Assembly: GCA_030295235.1 (NCBI GenBank)
Contig: AP026124.1
Location: 2,170,001 to 2,234,000 of the forward strand
Reading direction: 5' to 3'
DNA from: Fistulifera solaris
Lineage: Eukaryota
Length of the DNA stretch: 64,000 nucleotides
A model generated the notes under the pieces. That model saw only the letters and a list, made by a program, of their open reading frames with translations, ran no database searches and was not told where the DNA came from. Positions 23,431 through 36,299 of the stretch are shown piece after piece; within the stretch, counting starts at the first letter, position 1, and the number at the start of each line of letters is the position of its first letter. The translations under genes were made by a program, and so were the position numbers.

Positions 23431-24284
23431 ATGGCACTGAAATCAAAAGAACACGCAGCAATCCATTATCGAAAGAGATTGGAAGGTGTCAAACCGACTC
23501 CGGAATTGCTCGAACTGCTGGAGCTTTCTTTGCAAAAATCGCCGCCAGACGTTCGATGGAAGGAAACGGATCAATGGATAACGATTCCGCTCCTTCGACT
23601 CATGCAACAAGTGCTGGAACCGCACGATTGTGAACGTTTGGAAAAAGCCTTGCAGCAAACCTCGTTGGTGTTTACTCCGAAACCCCGCCGGTGGCGTTAA
23701 CGAAAGAACAAGAAGAATACCGAAAGCGAATCGAACGACTGGCGTTAAAGCATGAGGAACGAAGATACACCGAATTGACTTCGAACGTCAACAAGGCCCC
23801 CGAAAAGGACGATGTGACCACCCGTTCTATGACGTACGCCGCTTCGGTGGGTTTGAATATGGTCATTGCACCCTTGTCATTTGGCTGTTTCATGTACTTT
23901 TTCGCGGGAGGTTTATTGGATTACTTTCTAGAAAGCGATGGTTCGTCTTCCAAGTCGGATATGAAGCGTGTGATCATCGGTGTCGTTTCAGGAGTAATCA
24001 TGCTCTTTATCGAAATGTTGTTGTTCGTGATTCGAACCCATGAAATGGACGAGGCAATGCGCAAGAAATCCAAACGCGCACCCCAAACGCAAGTTCCCTT
24101 TAGCCAGTATACGTCCGAGACGAAAAAAACGTTTGTTGAAGAGAAAAAAGTCGAGATAGTTGTTCAACCTTTCTTTCTAATTAAGCCTCTCTTACCATCA
24201 ATACTTCATTGCTTTGATATCACCCATTTGGAAGAACTCCACGCGTTGCTCCTCGTTCATGCTATCGTCATCATCATCATCTAG
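23431..24284 (+). CDS. VMA12: V-ATPase assembly factor Vma12/TMEM199-like (frameshift near 23690)
   Basis: SLVFTPK...EYRKRIERLALKHEERRYTELTSNV followed by two TM helices, ending MLFIEMLLFVIR. The true stop is probably near 24160. Confidence 0.75.
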
Positions 24285-25862
24285 ACTTTTACGATTCAAA
24301 CTGGGGCGATACACAGCGTAACTGTCGCTGTGGGCTAGAGACCCCGGATGAACCACGTCCACGTTCCCGTACACTTCCTCAAAACGCTCACAATCACTTC
24401 CCCCCAACACCAGCGTATCCGGGAGTGGATACAGTTGCAACGCGTGATCGTAATTCCAGAAGATTGGCACGCCGGCGACCGGACACAAGTGTCCTTGGTC
24501 CAGAATAGTTTTGACCATGCGACAATGAGGTAAACGCATTCGTTCATTCGTTTCGTCGTCCATCTCGGAGGGCAAGCGGAGTTGACGTTGCTGCAACAAG
24601 TGCAGGATGTTATGGTTGAATATCACCATTTCACGTCCGCCCCATCGAATGCGACAGGGATTGCTGGTGCAATGCAAATTGCGAATGCGGTGTGGCGGAG
24701 GTTTCAAGGGTTGGAGCGGCAGTACATTGGAAAAGGCCACATCACCCGGACCGGGGACGACACAAAAATGAGACGACCGCGCTAGAAGAGGAAACTTTTC
24801 GATAAGTGCCACCAGATCCAGTAGCGCCTGCTTGGTACCGGACAGTCCCGTTGTGGAGAAATTGCCCATCAATACGAACATGGGATAGTTCGTGGTCGAC
24901 TGGTTCTCAAAGGTAGTGAAGATGCTCTCCAAATGAAGCAATACATTCGGTCGATCCAATTCGACATCCGATAGAATCACAAAATCACCAAAAGCCGCTG
25001 GGTTGGACGACAACTGGCGATAAAAGGATGCGAAACCTGTTTGCGGATCGCCGCGAGGGATTCCTTTCGTTCCTCCAACAACGGATGTCCCAAACGGTGC
25101 ACAATGAGAGTATCCTGATGAAACGTCCCTTCCACGAGCAAGATGCAATGTTCTGTAACATAAAATTCATCCACCACGGATGCCTGTTGCAACGATAAAG
25201 GAACTTGTCCGGTCGGATCTTCCAAATAATATCGTCCTTCTTCTACCTGCACCAAAACGCCCAACAACAGAACAGCCGAGGTCGATGCTTTGCCGAGCAG
25301 ACTTTCAATGGGCGTCAATTTGGCCTGCGCATGATTGTGAAGCAAATCTGTCGGACGAAAGAGTTCATGACGCAGAATTCGTTGTTGTGCGAGATAATAT
25401 CTTCGTTCCAGCATGTTTGTCTAAGAATCGCACTAAAATGTCAGGTACTGCGGTCGTAATAAGTATGCGTTTTCTCTTATAGCACAGAAAGAGTCGTACC
25501 TTATCTTCTGCTTCGCCAAATAACGACCAGCGCGACTCTTCGACTTGAAACTGTTTTCGGGTCGGTCGATAGACCAGTCGGGGCGTCCGGAACGCACTAA
25601 TTACCTCGAGATCCGGAAACGGATTTTTCACAGGAAGCATCTCTTGCCGTTCGTCTTTCATTAACGCATCGGCGACTTGTTTCCAAATGGGTTCTGTGAC
25701 CGTTGTATTTCTAGACATATGGCCGGCAATGAATTCGAACAGCGCCTCCAAATCGTCCTTGTCGCTGGTCTCACGGAACAGCGTTTCGATCCCCTCTAAT
25801 GCGACAGGATGCAGCATCCATCCACGCTGTTTCGCAGCACGAACAATGTGTCGTCGGTTCAT
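24198..25862 (-). CDS. POLE2: DNA polymerase epsilon subunit B (intron ~25499-25421, one or more apparent frameshifts)
   Basis: RYYLAQQRILRHELF, YYLEDPTGQV, FVILSDVELD, FVLMGNF, VPGPGD, SNPCRI, TILDQGHLCP, PIFWNYDHALQLYPLPD. Confidence 0.92.
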
Positions 25863-26263
25863 CTTCTCTATAGTTGTGGTGCGTGCGTTGTTTTGTGATG
25901 AATGAGTCAAATGAAACTAACCATTGCACTTTTTTTTTTTGTTGGAAGCGCAATGCGTCCCTTTGATAGTTTGTGTCGTTCGAGCGCGCAAATTGCCACC
26001 AAGGTGGGCCCGGCGCGCCGTTGAAACGCCAGCGTGATACACTGTCGCATCGATGCTTGATTGTTCGATTTGAGTACCATATACTCTACGTAGAACGTAG
26101 AAGATACCGTGTTTTCCTCGAAACGGAAGCTTAGTGTACAAGTTCGGATTTGAAAACAGAACGAAGAAACGCACGCGACGACTTATTTTTTCTCTTCTAT
26201 TCACGCACCCTGTGGGAAGGTGAGCAGCAAGAATATTCATTTCAATGTAATTCGATAAGCACA

Positions 26264-27661
26264 ATGGACGTATCCAAACAACGCGTGTATGTTGCAGCAT
26301 CCATCGGTATCGTTTCTATATTATTGACAGCCTGGACCGCGCAGCGACGACGTCATCGCGCCGTCCAAACCGACAAACAACTCGAGACGTTACCGTCGGT
26401 GATTGAACAATTCCAGTCGTTGCGACTCAATTACGATGCCACCATCGAAGAAGCCAACAAGAAACGGACGGCGAATTATTACGAAAAAGCCCGGGATGCA
26501 CACCTGTACGATCTTGTGGTCGGCGTCCGATCGTATTCGCGTTTACTGCAACAACGCGAGAAGACCTTACAGAAAATTTATCAATATTATCACGGCAAGA
26601 CCAAATCCCATCGTACGATCATTGTCATGTGCGATGAAAGTACGCAAAGCATATTAGAAGAAGCCCGATCGAACATTTTGGCGCCATTGCAGTATCAGCA
26701 CGACAAGACGACACACGGGGTTTGGATTCCGGCGCCGAATGTCATCCCGGCCGAACATTTGCACGTATCGGTTGCCATTCCCTGGTGGTGGCATACGATG
26801 AAAAATGGCAATCAGGAATTGTCGCAGCAATTGGTGGCGCGATTTCGACAAGCTTTAGTAGTGAATATGCATCATGCGTTTCAAATTGAGTTGGAACGAA
26901 TTGTTTTATTGGGAGGAAGTACGCTGGTCGCGTTGTGGCGTTGCGTTGGAGAACGCACGACACAAGGTGGACATACAATTTACGATCGACACGGGGCTAC
27001 TCTGGATCCCTTTGTGGCGCTGCGGCGTGATATTGTTCGTTGCTTTGCGACCGAGGACCTCTTTCAGCCTCTCACGTACCATAGTACTCAAACAGCGCCT
27101 CCAGGTGAAACGGCAACTGAAGTTTCTTCTCCACTGAGGCCTCACCGACGCAGTAACACCATGGGCTCCTTGAATGTGACATCACCGGAACGAAGTTATA
27201 CCAAAGTGGCTCCGCCGCCCCGCCGACTTGTTCGCAGCAACACTATTGAACTCAAAACTCCAGGACTGGGCGAACACGACGGCTTTATACACACAACGCT
27301 AGCTCGATTGCCGCTCGACTGCCTTAGCATGACCGACGTGGAGTTGGGCCCCATTCATCGACTTTGTCGAGAAGCTACCGCAACGTATTGCGGTCACCGC
27401 ATGGTGGTCGATCGTTATCGCTTTTTGGAGACCATCGGAGCCGGTGGCGAATCGGATCCATGTGTCGATCCCATTTTTGATGAAACAATCATGGCTCCGA
27501 CGAGAGTATTGATGAACGGAGGACAAGCTTCGGAGGTAGACCTTCATGCGAGTAAGAAAGTGGAATCCAGTGCCACTATCGGGGCGATTCAGAAAATGAA
27601 ACAACGGCCTCGAGCGGATAGTCTATTTGAACTGAATGAGGAGAAGAAGTCTTGTATATAA
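26264..27661 (+). CDS. Hypothetical N-terminally anchored protein with two HxS/T motifs (2H phosphoesterase-like)
   Basis: TM segment VYVAASIGIVSILLTAW, then motifs HLHVSVA and FIHTTLARL. Confidence 0.6.
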   Translation: MDVSKQRVYVAASIGIVSILLTAWTAQRRRHRAVQTDKQLETLPSVIEQFQSLRLNYDATIEEANKKRTANYYEKARDAHLYDLVVGVRSYSRLLQQREKTLQKIYQYYHGKTKSHRTIIVMCDESTQSILEEARSNILAPLQYQHDKTTHGVWIPAPNVIPAEHLHVSVAIPWWWHTMKNGNQELSQQLVARFRQALVVNMHHAFQIELERIVLLGGSTLVALWRCVGERTTQGGHTIYDRHGATLDPFVALRRDIVRCFATEDLFQPLTYHSTQTAPPGETATEVSSPLRPHRRSNTMGSLNVTSPERSYTKVAPPPRRLVRSNTIELKTPGLGEHDGFIHTTLARLPLDCLSMTDVELGPIHRLCREATATYCGHRMVVDRYRFLETIGAGGESDPCVDPIFDETIMAPTRVLMNGGQASEVDLHASKKVESSATIGAIQKMKQRPRADSLFELNEEKKSCI

Positions 27662-28111
27662 AAAATAATAGCCAAATCTAGGTTTTGTGAAGGACTGGTC
27701 CCGATTCGTCTTGCATTGGAGGAACACACTTGATACGTCGCCCGTTGCACGAAAATGTTCTTCGATCTTACTGGAACGTCAAGGGTAGCGACGAGAAAGT
27801 TGCAGCCACTCTTTTGTCAGTCGGTCGGAAAGTACAAGGGTTATTCTAAGCACGATTTCGTGATACACGTCGATGTCTTGGTTGCACTTCACCAGTGACT
27901 GTGGATTGTAGTGTTGAAGAGTTACCAGCCAAACCGTCCATCTGTCATTTGTCGTAACTTCTCGAGAAAAAAGAATCTTTTTTCTGCACCTCCCCAACGA
28001 CATTTCTTTTCGGCCGATGAGAAAACCGCACCCTTCATTCATTTGCATGTGTCGTTCGAAGCATCTCCTTCCAGTGTTCGGCGATCTTCGGAATCATTAT
28101 TACTTGTCTCA

Positions 28112-29160
28112 ATGACGAAGAGAGAATACCATCGCGAGCGCCTCTGCGTCTTGCTGGAGAAAGAAATGAGCGCAGCGTATCGCTGCGTCGATTATCTCAG
28201 CTTTTGGGAAAATGTCGGTTTCTGTCCGGTCGACATTGCGAACGAGACAGTGGCTCCCTATCGAAAGATGCTGACGCGCATCGATCGTCGACGTATCGGC
28301 GAGTGGTTCTTTGGAGGTACGTTTATATCGTGCAGCAGGCTGAGAGCAGTCGACGAGAGCTTGTTTTCTCGAGCGCCACCAGGGACGTTCCTGTTAAATG
28401 CAATTTTATTCTTTCTTCACTTCTTCCTTCTCTCACTCTTCTTTATAATAAAGCAACGGATTTTCTCGACATCCCTCGATACGTAGCATCCCTGGCAATG
28501 AAGTATTTCGATACAGTTCTGACACGACGATACTACGACCAGCCCTCCCGCCGCGGGACGAGCCCTTCTCAAGATGAATTACAGCTCCTTGCCGTCACTT
28601 CCTTTTATCTAGCGATTAAACTATCTTGGAGTAATCACGGATGGAATGCCGAGCGCATGTGCAAACTTGCGGGAAACGCTTTTCTACCCCATGTTCTGTT
28701 GCTGGAAGAACGAGTCGTCCTGGATACACTCGAGTGGCGTATGCATCCGCCACAGGCCAACGACTTCTTTCATACCTTGGTCGGTATCTCATCGAATGAT
28801 AGTGTCAGCAATTCACAGAAACAACAGGTGGAGCAGCAAGCTTACTACATGATGGAGCTGGCCGTGTTGGATTACTATTTTGTCGAAAAGGCGATCCCAC
28901 CTTCGTACATTGCCATGGCGGCGCTATCGAATGCAATCGTCATGACCAGCAGCTACGAACATTACAGTGAACCGTTCTTTGCGGTGGTGGGAGCGATTCA
29001 CGTCGTGATGGATCAGACGCGCTACCATATGTGTTGCAAGCGTTTGTGGGATTTGTACAATTCCAGCAGCAAGTCTGCCACACCAAAGTTGACGGGAAAT
29101 CCGCGCACGTCTTCTCCGGCGAGTGTCACGCACGCGTGGAGCAGCGTTTCGAGTCCCTAG
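28112..29160 (+). CDS. Diatom-type cyclin, 2 exons
   Basis: Intron 28317-28453 joins RRRIGEWFFG to ATDFLD...AMKYFD. Cyclin box LQLLAVTSFYLAIK...EERVVLDTLEWRMHPP, then ELAVLDYYF..PPSYIA. Confidence 0.88.
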
Positions 29161-29966
29161 ATGTGCCTTTTATTGTTTTCTTCCGTTGTTTCCTACACGT
29201 GTACAGTTCAACCAGTTTGTAATCGGCTACGTATTCAAAATATTAGTGGTTTTCGCTTGTCTTGGTGCCTCCGTGGTGACTTTACATATCGAGCTGATAA
29301 ACCATTGAACGAGAGAATGGCTAGATGAGAATGTACATAAATGGGTGATGTAAAGTCTAGTTTTTGTTTTCCCTTTTGGCGTGCACGCCCCGACTCTAAT
29401 GACTGAACCTCGGTCATGGCAAACATCGAACCAAACTTCGGTGCTATGGTAGGGACTGCGTGGCAGTAGTTAGAAGTAGTAATTGAGTAATTGATGACTA
29501 TTGCTTAGAGAAGCTATATCGTATCAACAAATTCGCCACTGACGTATTAATTGGATAAGGACTTGTAAGTGACCGAACATAAAACTCACATATTGATTCC
29601 ATTCGGGTTGTAAGTCTTTGAGATGTTAGAGAATTGTTGTTTTCTTAGAGTTCTAATAGCTTTGGCTATATCGCTGCTTTAAAAATCCCTTTTTAGAAGG
29701 ACGAATGTTTTTTTGTAATGCGAGAGCGAACAATACACACATCACACATTATCGATAAGGTAGCAATGCTAACTCATGACTGAATTCCTGTCGTGGAAAT
29801 TTTCCGCTTACACTCAAAGGATATAGTCGCACTATTCGTGACAAAATATATCGTGACTCAAACTTATAGCAAACACGCGGATCTTTCCGCACATAGTAAT
29901 TATACTTCTTCATTTTTATTCCATGATTTTCTTTATTGCACTCACCAATTGTACGCTACCGACATC

Positions 29967-31139
29967 ATGGTCTCCTTAAAAGGCGCCCTTACTTATTTTT
30001 TTCTACTGGTTTCTGATTACTAGTGCTATTTCTGCGGTTAGCGTTCATGCATCAAGCGATTCAGCGCATTTTTTCACCAACGACCAAGTTCAGTCGGATC
30101 TCACAGTCATCGATCCATATCCTCTTTAAGTCCTCGTTCGCAAAGGTACATTCATGAATATTACAATAGAAGGACTAATCAGAACTGTCCTACCAGGGCA
30201 AATCTTCCACCCCGTGGTGGTCAAGGGATCAATCAGGTCGTCCGAGTTGTCAGTGCAGTCACACAAATCCTCATCGAATGCGGCAATCTCGTGTTACCTC
30301 CTGCGGTTGCTATTACCCGGCTCGTCGTTCGCATCTACCGTGCTCTTCCGAAAGACGCCATTGTAGCACAAGTGGGGCTGGTCTATTGTTTCGCGGGCGG
30401 TTATTATCCGACTCTGTTTTCCTCCCTGCAAGCCGCTCAACAATACGGCTGGAATGTCATGGTCAACGCGATACAAGACTTGGCAGACGAAGCACTAGCG
30501 GTCATACAGGTCCTAGAAGACACACGTCAGCTGAGTGATGACGCCGAACAAGAAGAGCCGCTTTCGTTCCGTCAAACGACAGGAATTGTGTTTGCGACCG
30601 TCGATCCACGAAAGATCAATCAGGCGTCGGCGGCACTCTATACCACGTGGATGGGTGTGTCTTCGGTTCTTCAACGTGAATATGCTCGAGTGATTACCTT
30701 ATCTTTGACCATGGCAGACTATATAGAACGAGTGGCTGTTTCTCTGTTAGCACCACCGGCGTACTTGTGCGTGCCGGACGAGTTTCATCGATGGGTACCG
30801 GTAGTCATTGGGTGGGGCTGTAAGGCTTTGTCCATCAACATTGCGTGGCGACTGCAGCGTGTCATGACAGCAGCTACATCGGCGATAACGGGTGGCCTGT
30901 TATTTGCACGTGCCATCTCCAGGATGATATGGAGGCGGAAGTCTTCTCACGAGGGTAGCCATGCATCTACGGTTTTTGATGAAATAATTGGTTTTATTGT
31001 GGCTGGATTGGGTTTCTATACACAATTTGAGTCTCAATGGAGAAGTGGATTTTCCTTCCGCGTACCATTTCCTATCTCGCTTGTTACATGGCCGTTTGAT
31101 CTAGCCGAGAATTGGATCCAGTGGCAGATTACGAAGTAG
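29967..31139 (+). CDS. Conserved hypothetical multi-pass membrane protein (5' part frameshifted or uncertain)
   Basis: ORF 30291-31139 has several hydrophobic helices (GLVYCFAGGYYPTL; SAITGGLLFAR; GFYTQF..PFP). A signal-like start at 29967 is in another frame. Confidence 0.6.
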
Positions 31140-31242
31140 TAGTGTTGACGGGGACAGAGCTAAATCGCTTGAATAGCACCCTTAGTCTTGAAATGAATTC
31201 GTCTATCCAATGTTCTCCAGGCTTCTATCCGGCGCCTGTTTC

Positions 31243-33149
31243 TCATGTTTTTGACCAAAATTGATCAACCCACTTGGCTATATACTCCTTTTCAATTTCT
31301 CTAGCTTTCGATATTGACGGCGGGTCCAAAGGGGACGAGAACATAAGATCCGTATGATGTCCTCCATAATCCATAATGAGAGCTACAAGGTCGCGATCAT
31401 TAATCTTCTGTAAAGAAAGGCCTGGAACTAGGACATCCGAAATGTGATCGGCGTTTTTGTTGGATCCGCAACATAAACACCGGCGGCAGACCATGGGTCC
31501 AACATGCCATTCGAGAAAATAATATTTGAGTGCGATTGAATTCTACGACCTCCGTAGATGATATCGTAGGCTGTCGACCACGAATCGGGTGGATCTCTCG
31601 GAAAACCGAAGTATCCATGTAAATCATTGCAAACAGTCCCAGCCAGGTCACCGCCACGGTTCCTTAAAACGTCCGAATACGACGTGGTACCACGCGGATG
31701 TGAAGGAGGCCACAGAAAATCACGACCAAGCCCACCCGCATCGGTAATGATTAAATTCATTTCTTCGTTACAGCAAAGAGCCTCCCAGCTACCTTTTGAC
31801 ATTTGCTCGAAACAAGCCTTTTCTGCATCGCTTGCAAGATTACGTGAGACGGCACTTAACCCGGTAATCGAACGAAGCCCAAAAAAATTGTCCACTGCGT
31901 CATTGTGTCCCATATTTGGAGCAGGTACCAGATCATAGCACAAAAGATCATTTGTAATGTTGTACCAGATGGCAACCGCGTCACGTACTTCGTCTAACAA
32001 GGAAGCCGCATCGTACATCTGCTCAGGCGTTTCGGGTGCACCGATTACAGTTATTTTATTCCAATCAACGCCAAGAACCAAACCGCTTTTTCCGTACGTT
32101 ATATTGTATTTGACAACCGACAAGTCACCAGAAAAATCCACTCCGAGATCTTTTGCTAATCGACTTTGAACCCAACACGCAGACTGGAGCGGCCACGCCG
32201 GAAGCTTTGCATTCTCATTGTGTGTCAGTGCAAACGGAATATAGCTACTTGGATATGGGAAGCTACCTTCAGCTAAGTCAAACCATGGCGTTTGAACCCA
32301 AGATATCAGATCAGAGGCATCCTTTTCTTGCAAAGGCGAGCAAAGGCGAAATACCTCGGAGAGCATATTCCTGCCCGTGGCTCCTTCTGACGCCAGGTAC
32401 TGAATGAGAGGGAAGGACGCTAAAAGATTCGTGGAGCAATAATTTTCCTCTTCGCTGTCTTCCGTTGGGGGATAATGCTTATCTAACGACATCTGGATGA
32501 CTTGAAAAGCCGCATCAATCTTGTTAGGAAAGTTGAGAGGAAAACCCCAGATCGGAGCTGATGCAGCAATCCCACCAGTAATAATACTTGGATACTTCAT
32601 TCTCATCCAAGCTGTTAACATTCCACCGTAGCTACCTCCAAACGCTATAACAGGACGTGCTAGAACAGTGTCTGTTCCTTGGCGAAAAAGATGCCGCTCG
32701 ATAAAGTTTGCGTAGTCAGCCAGAGCTTGTACCGACGAAGAGTAAGCCATGCAATCAGTAATGTTCGGCGACGGAATACTTTCTCCCTCATATCTGTGCT
32801 CCATGAATACAATCAGGGCATTGAATGCTTCCGCAAGTTCCCACATGAGTCCTGTGTTATTGATGTATTGCTCAACTGGCGACTCGTTGCCGGTGTAAAA
32901 GAAGATTGTAGCATTTGTAGTGTTTACCACATAGTCGTCATTTATGCAATATTTCTACCGATATGTTGGAGACTTATCACGTGGTAAAGAAAAATGATTT
33001 AGAGGTTGCTCAAAGAAAAAGCACGAGTAATTGAGCGGAGCAGAAGCTTGGGAGATGGGGCGGATTCTCTCGAGGGGCTTTCGTCGTCTCGTCGCGTCCA
33101 CTATGCAGCATACGCACAGTAAGGTCACAAAGTTTAACAACCGCATCAT
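31243..33149 (-). CDS. PRCP: Lysosomal Pro-X carboxypeptidase (peptidase S28); apparent frameshifts near 32955 and 31440
   Basis: Signal peptide, FEQPLNHF, IFFYTGNE, EHRYEGES, QALADYA, catalytic GGSYGG, SNIIFSNGMLDPW, GGHHTDL. Confidence 0.92.
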
Positions 33150-33563
33150 GAGGAAGGAGAATGATGATAAGAATGTCAGGACGACCTACTTTGTATTGAA
33201 CAATATATTCTTCCGCACAATGAGGAGGCGAGAAGTGCGAGAAGGACGAACGCTTTTGATCCAAATCGGTAGTTGAGTACCGCTTCTGTTCATTTTTCGG
33301 CGCGCCCTTTAAATAAAAGTTGTCAACGGAACACGAACTATACAGCTGGCTTTGTCTCACCAGATCTGGAGCTTAAGTAAAATCAAGCTCTCTGTTTGCC
33401 TACTACGACACCATCACGCCAGTCGCGCCATCACAATTCACATCCATTTTTTGCGATAGATAGTATTTGTATTCAACTGGCGCACCTTTTTCCCGATCAA
33501 TGCGATAACAGTCTCTTTGCCGTGGATCAGAACTCGAGAAATAAACAATAAACTTACACAACA

Positions 33564-35117
33564 ATGGTTCGAGATATCCATCATGAAAGCACATTGGCTG
33601 AAAGGTCGTACTTTGATCCAGAAGGCGACAATGAGATTGGTGCGTCTGGATCGGCCGACGAATCACACACTCCTATCAGCTGGCGCGGCGATCCGAATGA
33701 AACACTCGCTGATTGGGCTATTGTCATTGTTACCAATGAACTGGAAACTGTGACTTACAACGTCCACAAAAACGTGGTCTGTTTCGGGTCGAGATACTCG
33801 CGATACTTTGCTAAAGTCATGACAAATGGAGGTTCCTCTAGCAATGTAAAGAAAACAAACCGAAAGGGCGGCGTTACACCCTTCACCAAGGTTGAAATGG
33901 ATCAGAAAGACGCGGACAACTTTCCAATCGTTCTCGATTATATGTATGCTACGTGCAGCTACATGACTTCGTCAGGAACAATTGCTACGGCGACATCCAA
34001 CCTTACAGCTCCTACTTTAACATCCGTGGGGACAGACGAAGAATGCTCCAATCCTTCATCGATCGATGGCATTCGAACGGAAAATGCTGTCTCATTGAGA
34101 TATCTTGCGAAGCTGCTCGAGATTGAACCCATGATATTAGCAGTTAACAAGTTCATCCAGAAAGATCTGGACTTCACGACAGGTCCAACATACTTGTGCG
34201 CTGCGGCCGAGTACAATGACACCCGACTAATGGAGTCTGCACAACGACTCTGTGCTGAGAATATTGAGGAAATCAACTCCAAGGCATTGATGAAACTTCC
34301 ACTTAACCTGTTTCGAACGGTCATTAAGTCGCTGGAATCGTTCGAGGATGAAAACAAAAACTTGAGCTGCTTCTTGAGTGAGCTAGTCTGTCGTTATCTC
34401 GAAAAGCACCGAGACAATTTGACGGCTGGCCTCTTATTAGAGTTCACGGATCCAATATTGATGCCCTACATAGCCTCGGAAGCAGCGATTGGCTTTACGG
34501 CTCTCATCAAAGAACTTCACTGCGACGACGTTAAGTCACATTGGGATGATCTCGTTGCACTTGGCCGACGATGCGCACAAGCGGTTGTCAGAGAATATGG
34601 ATGGAATGACTTCTGCGTTGATGCTGCGATCAAAGAGTATCTCATGAACATGAGAAATACACCGAATGAACCCGGCCTCAAGACGCAAACTGACAGCCTT
34701 CTCTTCGCAACAAGTTTCGCAGCAGCACTAGACCAAGCGCAAGAGGATTTTGAAGAACTTCACATGGAACAAGAGAAACTACAAGGAATGGTTAGTGTCT
34801 TGCACGAAACGGTGGTTTTGTTGGAGAAAGCGAGTGAAAAGAAAGATCAGTATTTGGAGAAGCAAAATCGCGCATTGGAAGCGGCAAGGAATGAGATTCA
34901 GCGGTTACAGGACCAGCTCTTAGATGAAAAGAGTCAGCAAGTACATCGACATTTGATGCCACAATACTCAGAAGACTCGGCATTTTCGCCCTCAATTAAG
35001 AAACTGGTGTCACCGAGTCGATTGGTGGAACTAGATATTCATGCCAAAAAGAAAACGAAAAGGATTAAAGAGCTCCGGACCAAGAACGAAATGCGTTCGC
35101 ATAGTTTGCTACCTTAA
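33564..35117 (+). CDS. BTB/POZ-domain protein with C-terminal coiled coil
   Basis: ADWAIVI...TYNVHKNVV...SRYFAK...FPIVLDYMY...NAVSLRYLA fits the diatom BTB family pattern. Confidence 0.8.
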   Translation: MVRDIHHESTLAERSYFDPEGDNEIGASGSADESHTPISWRGDPNETLADWAIVIVTNELETVTYNVHKNVVCFGSRYSRYFAKVMTNGGSSSNVKKTNRKGGVTPFTKVEMDQKDADNFPIVLDYMYATCSYMTSSGTIATATSNLTAPTLTSVGTDEECSNPSSIDGIRTENAVSLRYLAKLLEIEPMILAVNKFIQKDLDFTTGPTYLCAAAEYNDTRLMESAQRLCAENIEEINSKALMKLPLNLFRTVIKSLESFEDENKNLSCFLSELVCRYLEKHRDNLTAGLLLEFTDPILMPYIASEAAIGFTALIKELHCDDVKSHWDDLVALGRRCAQAVVREYGWNDFCVDAAIKEYLMNMRNTPNEPGLKTQTDSLLFATSFAAALDQAQEDFEELHMEQEKLQGMVSVLHETVVLLEKASEKKDQYLEKQNRALEAARNEIQRLQDQLLDEKSQQVHRHLMPQYSEDSAFSPSIKKLVSPSRLVELDIHAKKKTKRIKELRTKNEMRSHSLLP

Positions 35118-35243
35118 AATAAATGTGAAAATGAAATTGTTGATAAAACATAGTGTACACCTAGTATTACCTCGCTAGTAAGCTCTTTCCTTTCCTATTT
35201 CCATGAAATTTAAAGCATTCTTACCCACATCAAGTAATCCCAT

Positions 35244-35771
35244 TTACTCGAATGGTATCCGTTGCATCAGCACGTTGGAAAATTCATCATCCGAAGCAGT
35301 CTCGATCAAAATAGGCTGCACCTGAAGAACGGGCATCAAACGGAGCGCCAATAAATGCTTGCACAAACATGAACTATCGTTTGTTGGATGACGATTTCGC
35401 TCCAAAAATGAGCGACACGAGCAGAAGTATATAGGAACATCGTCTGAAGCTTGCGGAATGATACAGAGATACGTGTCTTCGCTGCTTGTTCGTTTGCCGC
35501 GGGACGCAAACGAAGAAGACCCCTTGACCAAATAGATGGAACGCTGACTAGTCACCGACACAACTTTCGAGATACTTCCGGGTGCGTCTAGAATAGCAAA
35601 TGCCCCTTCCGTTGTCTTTCCGTACAGAAAATCAACCGCGCGAATGATATCGTCTTCTTGTTGTTGCATTGTTATCTTGGCGGACGACTCTGTTGTGTCA
35701 TTTTGAACGGATGATTCAGCTGACAAAAGATACTCATTCAGAAGGCCCTCAACGTCTAACTGACTTGACAT
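35244..35771 (-). CDS. ZSWIM7: SWIM zinc-finger protein, SWS1/ZSWIM7-like (Shu complex)
   Basis: YLVKGS...YLC...FCSCRSF...LCKHLLA (CxC-xn-CxH) in a small protein. Confidence 0.7.
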   Translation of the reverse strand: MSSQLDVEGLLNEYLLSAESSVQNDTTESSAKITMQQQEDDIIRAVDFLYGKTTEGAFAILDAPGSISKVVSVTSQRSIYLVKGSSSFASRGKRTSSEDTYLCIIPQASDDVPIYFCSCRSFLERNRHPTNDSSCLCKHLLALRLMPVLQVQPILIETASDDEFSNVLMQRIPFE

Positions 35772-36299
35772 GGTAGAAAAGAAGTAAAAGGAACAAGAAT
35801 TATTCAATTTACTTTAGAAACGCTGTCAGTAACTTTACATGAGCTCGCATCATCATAATCATCATGTTCAAAAGCAAATAATTATTGCGTTGCAATGCCG
35901 TGGTTCGCAATCACGTATCGAACGTCACTATGGTGCGGCGTTATAAGGAGCGGGGATAAATATTCCGTGGCCTCAGTACAAACTGTACGACTATATGCGA
36001 TGACTGTACAGAACGCCACGTACTACCGGCGGAGTTCTGATTCCTGGTTCGGCTTTGCCTACGTTGCAAATTGTAGTGAGTCAGTTGGCATTTTGCCCGA
36101 TTTACAAGTACACGTTTCCAGTATTTGCACATAGCTTCGTTGGTGGTGAACGGTGAACCACTTACTCTGAAGTTTCCCTGAGGTCTGCTGTGATTCTCAT
36201 TAATGTTGGATATTACCAGTATTCCATCCACTCGTCAAATCGCCCCTTCAAATCGTTTCAATCGATCGTTATTATTTCTTGTGAAGAACGTTTAACTAA

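Noticed and set aside
24198..24284. Apparent coding overlap between the convergent VMA12-like and POLE2 genes
   Set aside because: The overlap probably arises from an indel in the A-runs near 24120-24150; a stop near 24158-24160 in another frame gives a normal end.
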